From positions 1 to 64,000 of IMG/VR virus record IMGVR_UViG_3300032006_002011: 64,000 nt of DNA. One strand, 5' to 3'. This stretch comes from a virus. The position numbers were made by a program, and so were the translations under genes. Of the stretch, positions 29,480 through 38,352 are shown in pieces; the first letter of the stretch is position 1, and each line of letters begins with the position of its first letter. Under the pieces are notes generated by a model, which was not told the origin of the DNA, searched no databases, and saw only the letters and a program-made list of their open reading frames with translations.

Positions 29480-32400
29480 CTAACCAGCTATAAATACTCT
29501 GGTACTTAATAATGTTGGCAATCTTGCCCGTAAACCTGCTAATTGTCCTTGTTGAGCGGGACTTGAGGTGGTAATATATGGGTCGTGGTGAACATGGCCA
29601 CTCAACCAACCACACAAACTGCCTAACCATGCAGTTGCTACATCTCCTTTCAAAACGGGATGCCTTCTTGTTATATATTCTCCGAGGTGAATTGTGGGTG
29701 ATACCACAGATGTATGTGTAGCCGTTACAGTTACAAGTCTCTTTACGCAATTTAAAGTCATTTCATCATCGGTGGTCATACCAAACTTGCCCTTTCCATA
29801 AAACGCAAGTTCTTTGGTTTTTGCTGATACGATAATTCTCTCAGAATTCAATATTATCTGATTTCCGTCAAGTTGGGGAAGTTGCTTTCCGAACATAATA
29901 TTGCCACCGTCTTGTTCTTCCTCAACTTTTTTTTCAACCGCATCCATTTTTTTATTGAACTCATTATCCTTTTTCTTCTTTGCCTCATTGATATCATCAT
30001 TAACCTGTTTTGTATCTTTCAAAGAATTCAAATCTTCTGGGTGGAGAAGTGAGACTGCATTCATGTCCGCATTTTCCAAATGAGTCCCAACCAAATCACC
30101 TTTTGAAATTTCCTCTCCGTTATGGAAATTCTTTACAGTGTCAGGATTTTGAGGAACTTGCCCCGAGTCGGTTGTCGTGGTTGCGGGAGGAGTTGGGGAT
30201 GGACTTGCAAGTTCAGTAGATGGTGTTGGTGTTGGAGATGCGGGTGACGATGGTGTGGTTGTGGACGAGGGTGCAGATGAAGATTGGTCTGAGTCGGTTA
30301 ATGTTGAGGTTGTTGTGACAGCTGTGGTGGAAGTTGTTGACGCCGTTCCCGTATATTGAATTCCCCCTGTATTTGTCGTATCATAGGATATTGTTCCCAT
30401 GTTTGGTGTTACGGGTGTGTCTAATGATTCTGCGGTTGGTGTGGGTGGGGTTTCTCTGTATAAACCCGAGATGGGATCAAACGACATGGTTGCAACCTGA
30501 GAAGAGCCTTTATTCAAAGACAACGAAGTTTGTCCGAACATTCCAGCAGCTGCTTTCAGAGCCGAACCATCTCCTATTAAAGATTTATACTGCATATCAA
30601 AGTCTGGGTTACCTCTTGCATAAGCATCGTAATTGCCATCTTGCATCAGTTTATTTCCGGCAAACATAGTTAGTTCTTTTGGATTAAGTGCCTTGGTTGC
30701 TTCACTTTTAAAAGTATCCGCAAGACTTGAACCATACTCAATTTGATTTACCCAGTCACACAAATCAAACAACAAATTATTCAAATCAAACCCAAGAAGT
30801 GAACCGATGTTGAATTTAAGATCACGGAGTCTTGCGAAAATCGCCGCAAGGATGGCAAGCAATTCCAAGTTTATTCCAATTGACAACAACCACCCGAGTT
30901 CGTCCTCGGTTCTTGAACCGTGCTTCTTATCCTTTAGACCTGCACAAATAGAACGGAGTCCAAAAGATGCCAACTTAAAAACCTTAAACATTGGACTATC
31001 ACTTGGTGTCATTCCCATCGCAGATGCTCCTGGTATATCGATGCCAAGAGAATTTGCAGCGGAAATTGCAGGACCCGACTTTGATGACATCAGTGAGTCC
31101 TTTCCAGCCTTGGTACCCGATTTAATAGAACTAACTATACCCGTTTCAAATGTAGGGTTTAATGTAAATGCACCGCGGCCTACGTCGGCCATGAACTCTG
31201 CTTTGGGTGACTTAGTTCCAACCGAAGCAGCGATTCCCATACTTGACGAACCACCACTCGCAGAATTGGCCTTCAGGGCATCTGACGATGGGCCCGTGTC
31301 TATGTATTTAGCGGCCCGGTTGGCCGACATACCATCGAATCGTTTACCAACTGCTTGACCATTGTCAGAACCAAGGGCTGCACTGAAACTTGATGTCATT
31401 GACCCACCCAAATCGGAGTTCGCTGCAAACTTGGCAGCTGCTATCTGCGGTCCGTATGCTGTTTCTGCGTATGTCTTTCCCGCCTTTACCGCAAGATCAC
31501 CCGTAACTTTTGCAGTATCAAGTGCAGGTTCTGCAATGTCCTTAATGCCCTTTGACCCCACATCAGACTTAGCAAGATTTGAAAGACCATCCAATCCACC
31601 TTTTTTCTTTTTCTTCGGTTTTGGTTTGGGTCCTACTAATGTATGCTTAAACTTTGAAATTGTTTTTCCAGACGTAATATGAATAGACGAACCATCTTTG
31701 TTTATGTCTTCAAGAATAGTGTGTTGAAATATTTTTTCATTGTCTTTGTCTTTTGTGTCGGGTCCTGGAATTTTTAGAGGGCGTTGGCGATTTCTAATTA
31801 ATATCATGGGGTTTCCACGATTAGCATCGTAGTTTTCTCCATGCCCTTCCGCAGTTCCTATATCAAATTTAGGGTTGTCCTCATAACAACCAAACCTAAC
31901 ACTTGAACCAAACCTACTCTCCAATACAGTATCTCCCTCAAAGTGTTTGAGGGGGCGTATCCAGGAGTTGGCCTTGAAATATCGTCCCAAATAACTTGCA
32001 ATTGAATTACACTCTTTGCTAATATTTGACTTATTCTTAGCATTTTTTAACGCAGGACTTTTTAACTTAGTAATAGGAGTTGATCCTGAAAACTTGGGCT
32101 CCCACCTATAATCCCCTGAATGATTTATAAAATTTCGTGAATTGATTTTTCTATGATAATACCAACCATCTAGATATTTTACAACCACCACCATTTCATT
32201 GACAAGTGGCCATTCCTTGTAGGTACTATCCATAGGAATCATCCAAGTAAGTTCTGACCAAGGGGTTTGGGCCTGACTATGTATTGGTCTTGCTTTTATT
32301 CTACCTATAAACGAGTAATCTGGTTTAGTGGAGTCATTCCACCCTTCTGGCCATTCCGTCTCTACTATTTTCGGTTCTTTCCCACCTTCTTTGAAAATGG

Positions 32401-32560
32401 GGTGGTTTTCATCTTGTATGACATCCAAAACAACGGCCGCCTCAAGCTCATAAAACATAACCGTGTCGGGGGTTTCTAATTTTAACCCACGCAAGGTGGC
32501 CAACGCGTTAGTTGACAATTCCTTTTTTACGGACTTTTTAGTATAAGTGCTATATGCCAT
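29480..32560 (-). CDS. Central baseplate spike (gp5/gpV-like) with a large insertion
   Basis: N-terminal OB-like IGRIKAR...PLVNEMV; EGDTVLESRFGSSVRFG; C-terminal QIILNSERII beta-repeat and HVH apex motif; two genes upstream of gp25. Confidence 0.7.
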   Translation of the reverse strand: MAYSTYTKKSVKKELSTNALATLRGLKLETPDTVMFYELEAAVVLDVIQDENHPIFKEGGKEPKIVETEWPEGWNDSTKPDYSFIGRIKARPIHSQAQTPWSELTWMIPMDSTYKEWPLVNEMVVVVKYLDGWYYHRKINSRNFINHSGDYRWEPKFSGSTPITKLKSPALKNAKNKSNISKECNSIASYLGRYFKANSWIRPLKHFEGDTVLESRFGSSVRFGCYEDNPKFDIGTAEGHGENYDANRGNPMILIRNRQRPLKIPGPDTKDKDNEKIFQHTILEDINKDGSSIHITSGKTISKFKHTLVGPKPKPKKKKKGGLDGLSNLAKSDVGSKGIKDIAEPALDTAKVTGDLAVKAGKTYAETAYGPQIAAAKFAANSDLGGSMTSSFSAALGSDNGQAVGKRFDGMSANRAAKYIDTGPSSDALKANSASGGSSSMGIAASVGTKSPKAEFMADVGRGAFTLNPTFETGIVSSIKSGTKAGKDSLMSSKSGPAISAANSLGIDIPGASAMGMTPSDSPMFKVFKLASFGLRSICAGLKDKKHGSRTEDELGWLLSIGINLELLAILAAIFARLRDLKFNIGSLLGFDLNNLLFDLCDWVNQIEYGSSLADTFKSEATKALNPKELTMFAGNKLMQDGNYDAYARGNPDFDMQYKSLIGDGSALKAAAGMFGQTSLSLNKGSSQVATMSFDPISGLYRETPPTPTAESLDTPVTPNMGTISYDTTNTGGIQYTGTASTTSTTAVTTTSTLTDSDQSSSAPSSTTTPSSPASPTPTPSTELASPSPTPPATTTTDSGQVPQNPDTVKNFHNGEEISKGDLVGTHLENADMNAVSLLHPEDLNSLKDTKQVNDDINEAKKKKDNEFNKKMDAVEKKVEEEQDGGNIMFGKQLPQLDGNQIILNSERIIVSAKTKELAFYGKGKFGMTTDDEMTLNCVKRLVTVTATHTSVVSPTIHLGEYITRRHPVLKGDVATAWLGSLCGWLSGHVHHDPYITTSSPAQQGQLAGLRARLPTLLSTRVFIAG

Positions 32561-32975
32561 CAGAACTCTCGACTTCGTCCGTTTTTTCTTTGAGGGACTT
32601 GAGTTCTTCCGTTATTTTCTGTTCTTCTTCGACCGTTTCCGACAACTCGTCCCTCACAGTATCAAGTAGTGAGGCCTTTTCAGCCTCCGATAACCCACCC
32701 GATGAAAAATCCGACTCTGAAGAAGAACCCGAGTTAATAACTCTCTGCAATACTGCGGATAACTTGATTAGTTGATCATCGTTTTTAACCCCCACATCAA
32801 GATAATCTTTTATCATAGGAGCAACCACAGTTGCCGAGCCCACGTCTTTAACCATCGTGTGCAAATCCTTGATGATTTGATTTATTTGGTCTCTCTTATG
32901 CGAAGAATTGCTATAAATATCACGGGCAAGTGATGAAAAAGTTTTTCCTTCAAATATTTCAGGGTCGGAATCCAT
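32550..32975 (-). CDS. Hypothetical protein
   Basis: 141-aa helical ORF preceded by ATATTTAT. Confidence 0.7.
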   Translation of the reverse strand: MDSDPEIFEGKTFSSLARDIYSNSSHKRDQINQIIKDLHTMVKDVGSATVVAPMIKDYLDVGVKNDDQLIKLSAVLQRVINSGSSSESDFSSGGLSEAEKASLLDTVRDELSETVEEEQKITEELKSLKEKTDEVESSDGI

Positions 32976-33015
32976 AAAACATAAATATAAATGTATATAT
33001 GTTTTTTACAATAAC

Positions 33016-33882
33016 TCAGTCTAAATCTATCCTACCTTGGTCAATATATTTCCTATGCAAAGCAAATTGTGTTTCCTTCATCTTATTAACGACCTTGGTT
33101 ATATTTTGAGTTTTGCAATCAGTCATTTCACGTATATACAAATACAATGCCTTTTTATTGAAATTTTCAATTGAATCGCAGTTTCTGAATATCTCCACTA
33201 CGGCAGCTGCGATTCTTAATTCTTGTGGTTTCTTAAAAAACTTTTCGAGGTTTTCGTCCCAGTACCCTATCATCAGTTTTATAAATTCACTTAACTCTTT
33301 CTTTTTAATTTCCGACTTTGGACTTACAGTTAATTCTTTTTGTTCATATACAATTTCGTCATCGTCCACACTTGTATGTCGTTTAAACTTCTTATAGTTT
33401 CCGTTATTATATAAAATTAAAAAGTTTTTTGCTATAATACTAAAATACGAAAAGGCCTTTCCGTTTTCTTGTTTATATTTGTGAATATTACTTACCAAAT
33501 TACTAACAGTTTCCCGCTGAACATCTTCATGACTACATTGAAAATAAGAAAACTTAAAAGTATTTAGTATGTTCTCTGCAAGTTTGTCGAACGGATAACT
33601 TATTGACTCGTTATATATTTTATTTCGTTTTATAGTACACTCTGTCGAGTTATACAACACAATTGCATCTTCGGTTTCTTGAGTAAAATATAACTTTTTC
33701 TTTGTCTTGGAACGCCTGCGCCTTCTTTTTTTAGGGGCTGGTTGTTTATCTACCTCGACCTTAACATTAGAAACTTTCTTCTTAGTAGTTGCCTTCTTCT
33801 TGGAAGCTGCTTTAGTAGTTGCAGCCTTCTTAGAAGTTGCTTTAGTAGTTGCCTTCTTCTTGGCAGTTGCCTTTGCTTTCAT
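33016..33882 (-). CDS. Phage sigma-like transcription factor (gp55-like) with a Lys/Ala-rich N-terminal tail
   Basis: KLAENIL...EDVQRE...IHKYKQENGKAFSYFSIIAKN resembles sigma region 2; N-terminal KKATTKA repeats. Confidence 0.6.
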   Translation of the reverse strand: MKAKATAKKKATTKATSKKAATTKAASKKKATTKKKVSNVKVEVDKQPAPKKRRRRRSKTKKKLYFTQETEDAIVLYNSTECTIKRNKIYNESISYPFDKLAENILNTFKFSYFQCSHEDVQRETVSNLVSNIHKYKQENGKAFSYFSIIAKNFLILYNNGNYKKFKRHTSVDDDEIVYEQKELTVSPKSEIKKKELSEFIKLMIGYWDENLEKFFKKPQELRIAAAVVEIFRNCDSIENFNKKALYLYIREMTDCKTQNITKVVNKMKETQFALHRKYIDQGRIDLD

Positions 33883-34154
33883 ATTTCGTCCTCATTAATT
33901 TTACTATCTAAATCCAGTATTATATCTCGTATACCAGAATATACCACACCCACCTCATCATCACTCTCAAATAACTCCTTTGAGTCAATGTCCTTAATAT
34001 CATTACTCAGTTTAGTTACCGAGTCTCTGGTTTCCAGTATCCACTGCTCATATACACCATTTTTAATATATAAATTTCTTATAATATATATTAATAGAGG
34101 TATAATAATTACCCAAGAAACTGCCAACGCAATTATATAATACGTTTCATACAT
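33879..34154 (-). CDS. Small membrane protein
   Basis: N-terminal TM YYIIALAVSWVIIIPLLIYII; ATGA overlap with the sigma-like gene. Confidence 0.7.
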   Translation of the reverse strand: MYETYYIIALAVSWVIIIPLLIYIIRNLYIKNGVYEQWILETRDSVTKLSNDIKDIDSKELFESDDEVGVVYSGIRDIILDLDSKINEDEI

Positions 34155-34198
34155 AGGCACTGTATATTATATATATATTTATTTGTCAACAAAATAAA

Positions 34199-35077
34199 TC
34201 ATTTGTTATCTTTTTGTGAATCGTCTTTTTTGTCCGATTCTTTTTCTGTGGGCATATTACCAAGTGTACTTCCTGGTATATATTCCCTATCTCTTTTGTA
34301 TCGTTTTCTTATAATATATTCTTCATATGCTTTCATTGAAGTTTCTTTCCAAGGCACATAATATGGACCTTTATTAAATCCTGCTGGGTCTAATTTATTC
34401 ACCTTAACAAACTCTTCCCACTCATCTTCATTATCATACATAGGAGTTGACATAACATTATCATCTTCTTGTTTTTTTGGAGTCGGGGTCGGGGTCGGGG
34501 TTGGAGTCGGAGTCGGGGTTGGTGTTGGAGTCGGGGTCGGGGTTGGTGTTGGAGTCGGGGTTGGTGTCGGGGTTGGAGTCGGGGTTGGTGTTGGTGTTGG
34601 AGTCGGGGTTGGTGTTGGAGTCGGGGTTGGTGTCGGAGTCGGGGTTGGTGTCGGGGTTGGAGTTGAAAATTCCTCACACGCATCTGGTAATAACAATGTA
34701 TCGTCTGTCCATTCTGTATCTTGATATGGAAACTCAACATCTTCGGCCATTCCCACTAGTTGCCACGGATGGGCATCTTCTCTGCTATGGTCCGTCTTGT
34801 GCCACCCCATTGCCCAAAAGTTGTCAATTGATGTCCAGAAAATCCATCGTTCGTTTTCCATGCCGATATACTCATCGGAGCAGCTGCCTTCACATCGTTT
34901 TACCCACGCAGGTTTTCCCTGCCACAACTCGGAATCAAGGTGATATTCCCCACTATATGCAAACGAGTCTTCGGTTTTTGAAACACATATAACAGAAGAT
35001 GGTTGTGGAGTTGGGGTGGGTGTAAAGTCACTCTCCTCTTGATACCTATCAGCAAAGGGAAGATTGTCTATCCAATT
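34199..35077 (-). CDS. Start-less -1-frame extension of the upstream membrane protein (aromatic module plus (TP)31 linker)
   Basis: The frame of the 242-aa track ORF stays open 50 codons upstream (NWIDNLPFADRYQEESDFTPTPTPQPSS...) to the A10 run, with no ATG/GTG/TTG in that stretch. Confidence 0.65.
   Translation of the reverse strand, partial: NWIDNLPFADRYQEESDFTPTPTPQPSSVICVSKTEDSFAYSGEYHLDSELWQGKPAWVKRCEGSCSDEYIGMENERWIFWTSIDNFWAMGWHKTDHSREDAHPWQLVGMAEDVEFPYQDTEWTDDTLLLPDACEEFSTPTPTPTPTPTPTPTPTPTPTPTPTPTPTPTPTPTPTPTPTPTPTPTPTPTPTPTPTPTPTPKKQEDDNVMSTPMYDNEDEWEEFVKVNKLDPAGFNKGPYYVPWKETSMKAYEEYIIRKRYKRDREYIPGSTLGNMPTEKESDKKDDSQKDNK
34478..34663 (-). repeat. (Thr-Pro)31 coding repeat
   Basis: 186 nt of ACN-CCR dicodons. 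Confidence 0.95.
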
Positions 35078-36168
35078 TTTTTTTTCGGGGTGTCTAATTC
35101 ATCGTCACGGGTTAACTTTCCACCCGATATAATGTTGTATGCAAGAACAAGTGCAACCGCAAGTGGATCAAACACGATAACAATTACAATGATAAACCAC
35201 TTAACAACTTGGTCGATTGGAGTATTAAACGAATCAGCAATGAACTGAAAACTTCCTATGTCCGTATTTCTAATAGAGTCCTTTTCCTCAAGAATGCGTT
35301 GCTCGTTTTTTCTTAACTTCTCATAGTTTGCTTCAATTGCGGGTGTGTTATCTATCTTATTAGACTCATCTCGTAAACTATTTACCTTTCCCGTGAAGAT
35401 CCCGTATTCTCTTTCAATTTCCGCGTCAATTGCGTTGATTTGTTCATTGTATAGGGCAACCGCGGATGTTTCTTCATCATCAATTTTTTTCATAGACTCT
35501 GCAATGGATGCCCGTTCTGGTGCCTGAGCCTTTGCAAGTTCTTCAAGTTTCTTCTTCTTATTGGAGAACAAACCACCACTTGATGCTTCTAACTCACTTC
35601 TTGCCTTGTCAAGTATTGCAAGTCTATCCAATAGTTGTTGCCTTCGTGATTGACGGGTTTCGGAATCAGACTTGTGTCTATCTGACAGAGATGCTTGTCT
35701 TGCTCGTCTATCCTCAACAAAGTCATCATAAATTTTTTGGAATCCAGCAATGGTTTCCGTTGATTTGTTGTCAACTGTGTCCGATGATTGCTTGAGTGAT
35801 TCCATCTCACCTTTAATATGTTCGTTCTCTGCTTGTATTTGGACGATGTTATTGTTGTGCATTTCAACCTTTGCACGTGTATCGTCATACGCATCACTTA
35901 AAAATCCATAAATACCAAGTGACGTTATCCCCACTAGGGTTATCACCGCAGTAGTTGAATATATTTTCAACATACGTGGAACTCGGTCCCAATATCGATA
36001 TAGAAACGAAGTCATTACCAATTTTCCTGCTTCAAGGACACCTGCCATTATCATAGCGGCGATGGATGCTCCTGCAAATAATAAACTTATTCCCCAAACT
36101 GAAAAGAAGGCTGCCGTTCCCGCCACCGCAAGTGCCAAAAGGCCGACTATTGCCGTAAACATCTTCAT
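35068..36168 (-). CDS. Membrane protein: 3 N-terminal TMs, long coiled coil, C-terminal TM
   Basis: Hydrophobic segments, LEAGKLV...LYRYW, GIYGFLS, FIIVIVIVFDPLAVALVLA; SD GGGAGG. Confidence 0.85.
   Translation of the reverse strand: MKMFTAIVGLLALAVAGTAAFFSVWGISLLFAGASIAAMIMAGVLEAGKLVMTSFLYRYWDRVPRMLKIYSTTAVITLVGITSLGIYGFLSDAYDDTRAKVEMHNNNIVQIQAENEHIKGEMESLKQSSDTVDNKSTETIAGFQKIYDDFVEDRRARQASLSDRHKSDSETRQSRRQQLLDRLAILDKARSELEASSGGLFSNKKKKLEELAKAQAPERASIAESMKKIDDEETSAVALYNEQINAIDAEIEREYGIFTGKVNSLRDESNKIDNTPAIEANYEKLRKNEQRILEEKDSIRNTDIGSFQFIADSFNTPIDQVVKWFIIVIVIVFDPLAVALVLAYNIISGGKLTRDDELDTPKKKIG
35076..35085 (-). other. A10 slippery site (candidate -1 ribosomal frameshift or transcriptional slippage)
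   Basis: CCG AAA AAA AAA ATT GGA TAG in frame 0; AAT TGG ATA GAC... open in the -1 frame. Confidence 0.6.
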
Positions 36169-36235
36169 AATAATATATATCCTCCCATTAGTTTATTTAA
36201 TCCGTATCATCCTCATATAAATATAATATAATTAT

Positions 36236-36267
36236 AAAAAAACGGAGGTTTTTTTAAAACCCCCGTT
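36236..36267 (-). terminator. Rho-independent terminator after hsp20
   Basis: AACGGGGGTTTT-AAA-AAAACCTCCGTT stem followed by a T run. Confidence 0.75.
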
Positions 36268-36294
36268 CAAAACGAATTGTTTTAAGTTGTTATG

Positions 36295-36789
36295 TTAAAG
36301 GATTTTTACCTTTTTTGATTTAGTCTCGATTACTTCCTTCTTGGGAATTGTAACATTGAGAATTCCGTTATCGAACTTTGCGGAAATATCTTCTACTTCA
36401 AGAGTAGAATCGTCTACCTTAAAAGAACGCTTAAACGAAGAACGTTTCAGTTCCTTATACACATACTTTACATTGGGTTCTTCAATCTCAGTTTTCTTTT
36501 CACCTGAAATTGTAAGCAATCCGTCTTCGTATTCTACCGAGACATCTTCCTTGGTTAACCCCGCAATTTCTGCTTCAATAAGTATTGAGTCTGATGTATC
36601 TGCTACATTTACCCTTGGATACGAGCTATTTCCAAAAAAGTTTACTCCGAATTCTTGACCGAAGTTTGGAAATGCTTGATTTACTACCTTATCAAACAAC
36701 GAGTCGAATGGTGTTAAAAATTCGTCTCGCAACGATGGAACGTGTTTATTAAGTCCTGTTCCGTTGGACTTATATCCGTATTTTTTCAT
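36295..36789 (-). CDS. Small heat-shock protein (Hsp20/alpha-crystallin)
   Basis: YPRVNV, AEIAGLTKEDVSV, LTISGEK, FKRSF, AKFDNGILNVTIPK; start reassigned to ATG 36789 after AGGA. Confidence 0.95.
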   Translation of the reverse strand: MKKYGYKSNGTGLNKHVPSLRDEFLTPFDSLFDKVVNQAFPNFGQEFGVNFFGNSSYPRVNVADTSDSILIEAEIAGLTKEDVSVEYEDGLLTISGEKKTEIEEPNVKYVYKELKRSSFKRSFKVDDSTLEVEDISAKFDNGILNVTIPKKEVIETKSKKVKIL

Positions 36790-36810
36790 GTTATTTTTCC
36801 TATTTGAATT

Positions 36811-36860
36811 ACGAACCCCAAGTTGGGCATCCGCCGAACAACCTCGTTTGAGCATTGTTC
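36811..36860 (-). promoter_or_regulatory. Structured hsp20 5' leader (two tandem bulged-G hairpins)
   Basis: GAACAAT-G-CTC-AAAC-GAG-GTTGTTC and GCGGAT-G-CCCA-ACT-TGGG-GTTCGT. Confidence 0.6.
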
Positions 36861-36869
36861 TATATTATA

Positions 36870-36898
36870 AATATACCACAAAATATTAAATTTGTCAA
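36870..36898 (-). promoter_or_regulatory. sigma70-type promoter of hsp20 (overlaps an ATATTTAT motif)
   Basis: TTGACA-N17-TATATT with extended TG. Confidence 0.7.
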
Positions 36899-36900
36899 AA

Positions 36901-37572
36901 TTATGGGTCAAATTTCATAATATCGTCTTGTTGAGACTTCTCAACCAAGCAGGACATATGGTCTGCCCAATGAACTATTCTTGGTAGTTCGGTCTTCAAT
37001 CCGACCTCCTTTGAAAAGGCCTTTAGATATTGAATGTTTGAATCGTCATACATACCATCAGACAACTTGATTCCCAAAAATTCCTTTTCAGTCAAAGCAA
37101 TTCCAAAGTGCTGAAGAAGAAACACCGACCTATCCGTAACGGACATCCAATGAATGTCTGGGTTTATATTATATAGTTTTCCTTGATTCTTTCTGTGCCA
37201 CTCACTATCATTATAGACATATTGTTCACCATCAAGAGTTCCTAACTTTCCCAAATCGTGATTAAGTGCAGAAAACATCATTTCGTCATCGGTAAAGTCT
37301 ATTTTAGCACCCAAACTCTGCACAAGTACCTTAACCCCACGCACCGCACGGCAGACACCCATTACATGGTCTATATAACCCCCATCATACGCATTGTGAA
37401 ATCTATCTATGCTTGATGCGGGTGATGTCAATGCTCGTAGTCCAAGGCATCCATCGTCCGTTCCATACATATGAAGGAGTTTTTCTTGTCGTTCTCCTTC
37501 AAAGGTGTCCTCAATAAATTTCAGAAAGTTTGTATAATTTGTTTCTAATTCTGCTTCTGTATAATTTTTCAT
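36901..37572 (-). CDS. HD-domain phosphohydrolase
   Basis: PAS...FHNAYDGGYIDHV, ALNHDLGK, VHWAD; start reassigned to ATG 37572. Confidence 0.85.
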   Translation of the reverse strand: MKNYTEAELETNYTNFLKFIEDTFEGERQEKLLHMYGTDDGCLGLRALTSPASSIDRFHNAYDGGYIDHVMGVCRAVRGVKVLVQSLGAKIDFTDDEMMFSALNHDLGKLGTLDGEQYVYNDSEWHRKNQGKLYNINPDIHWMSVTDRSVFLLQHFGIALTEKEFLGIKLSDGMYDDSNIQYLKAFSKEVGLKTELPRIVHWADHMSCLVEKSQQDDIMKFDP

Positions 37573-37578
37573 GGTACT

Positions 37579-37607
37579 ATAATATAACACCACAGGTAAT
37601 TCGTCAA
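37579..37607 (-). promoter_or_regulatory. sigma70-type promoter, probably giving a leaderless transcript
   Basis: TTGACG-N17-TATTAT, 6 nt before the ATG. Confidence 0.65.
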
Positions 37608-38338
37608 GTAAAATTAGTTCCCATATATTCGATTGAATGTTCCGAGTCAGTTGTTTGAATCATGGATTTTCTTGTATTGGAATACATTTTATAATTGTTG
37701 TCCACGTGGGTTTGTGGTGGTCTTTCATGAAAAAGATGATATGCAGTAGTGTCCACGGACCCAACCCGTATATCGGTTGGTAATCTATTTTCAACAAAGT
37801 CCAAGTCTTGAAACCCCCATCCGATGAAGCGTTCGTCCATACCGCCCACCGACTCAAAAACCTCCCGTTTAACTATAAAGGAAAACTTACCCGTTTGGTT
37901 GTTTGCAGTATAATCACCTCCAATAGTTAGTTGACCTGTGGTGATTAGTTCGTCAGTTTCGTCATCAGTTAAAAACAACACCGATTCAAACGGACGAACC
38001 AGATCATGTTCACACTCTTCCATATAATTGATTATCTCTTGATATTGAGTGAAGAAATCCGCATCTATCACCCACACATAGGCGGTGTTCACTAGACTAA
38101 CCGAGTGGTTTATTAACGCAGATTTATGAATTTCATTCGCACCCTCAACCGATAAAGTGGTATACATCGCACCACATTCACTTACATACTCACCGACACT
38201 TAGATCGCTAGTCTGCTCACATACCATAACATCACACTTAAGTTTCGTAATGTTTTTAAGGACAAACCTAAAATTTCTCAATCTTTGACCCGATAATCTG
38301 TATACGGGTATTATTATCGTGAGAGTTGTACTCTCCAT
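37604..38338 (-). CDS. Glycosyltransferase (GT-A fold, GT2/GT7-like)
   Basis: TIIIPVY, IDAD, GGMDERFIGWGFQDLDF, YHLFH. Confidence 0.85.
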   Translation of the reverse strand: MESTTLTIIIPVYRLSGQRLRNFRFVLKNITKLKCDVMVCEQTSDLSVGEYVSECGAMYTTLSVEGANEIHKSALINHSVSLVNTAYVWVIDADFFTQYQEIINYMEECEHDLVRPFESVLFLTDDETDELITTGQLTIGGDYTANNQTGKFSFIVKREVFESVGGMDERFIGWGFQDLDFVENRLPTDIRVGSVDTTAYHLFHERPPQTHVDNNYKMYSNTRKSMIQTTDSEHSIEYMGTNFT

Positions 38339-38352
38339 ATTACATATCTAAA

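Noticed and set aside
29927-29934. A8 run in the spike gene as a second slippage site
   Set aside because: The ORF continues in frame into the conserved C-terminal spike region
31600-33740. NLS-like basic patches suggesting a eukaryotic giant virus
   Set aside because: Baseplate genes, sigma70 promoters and overlapping operons indicate a bacteriophage
34161-34190. sigma70 promoter upstream of the small membrane gene and sigma-like gene
   Set aside because: TTGACA is present but TATAAT is 12 nt away and the 17-nt position reads TATACA; too ambiguous to call
34399-34992. Alternative-frame ORFs over the TP repeat (QPRL, WCWSRG and ESGLV repeats)
   Set aside because: By-products of a stop-free hexamer repeat; the TP frame matches linkers in other proteins here
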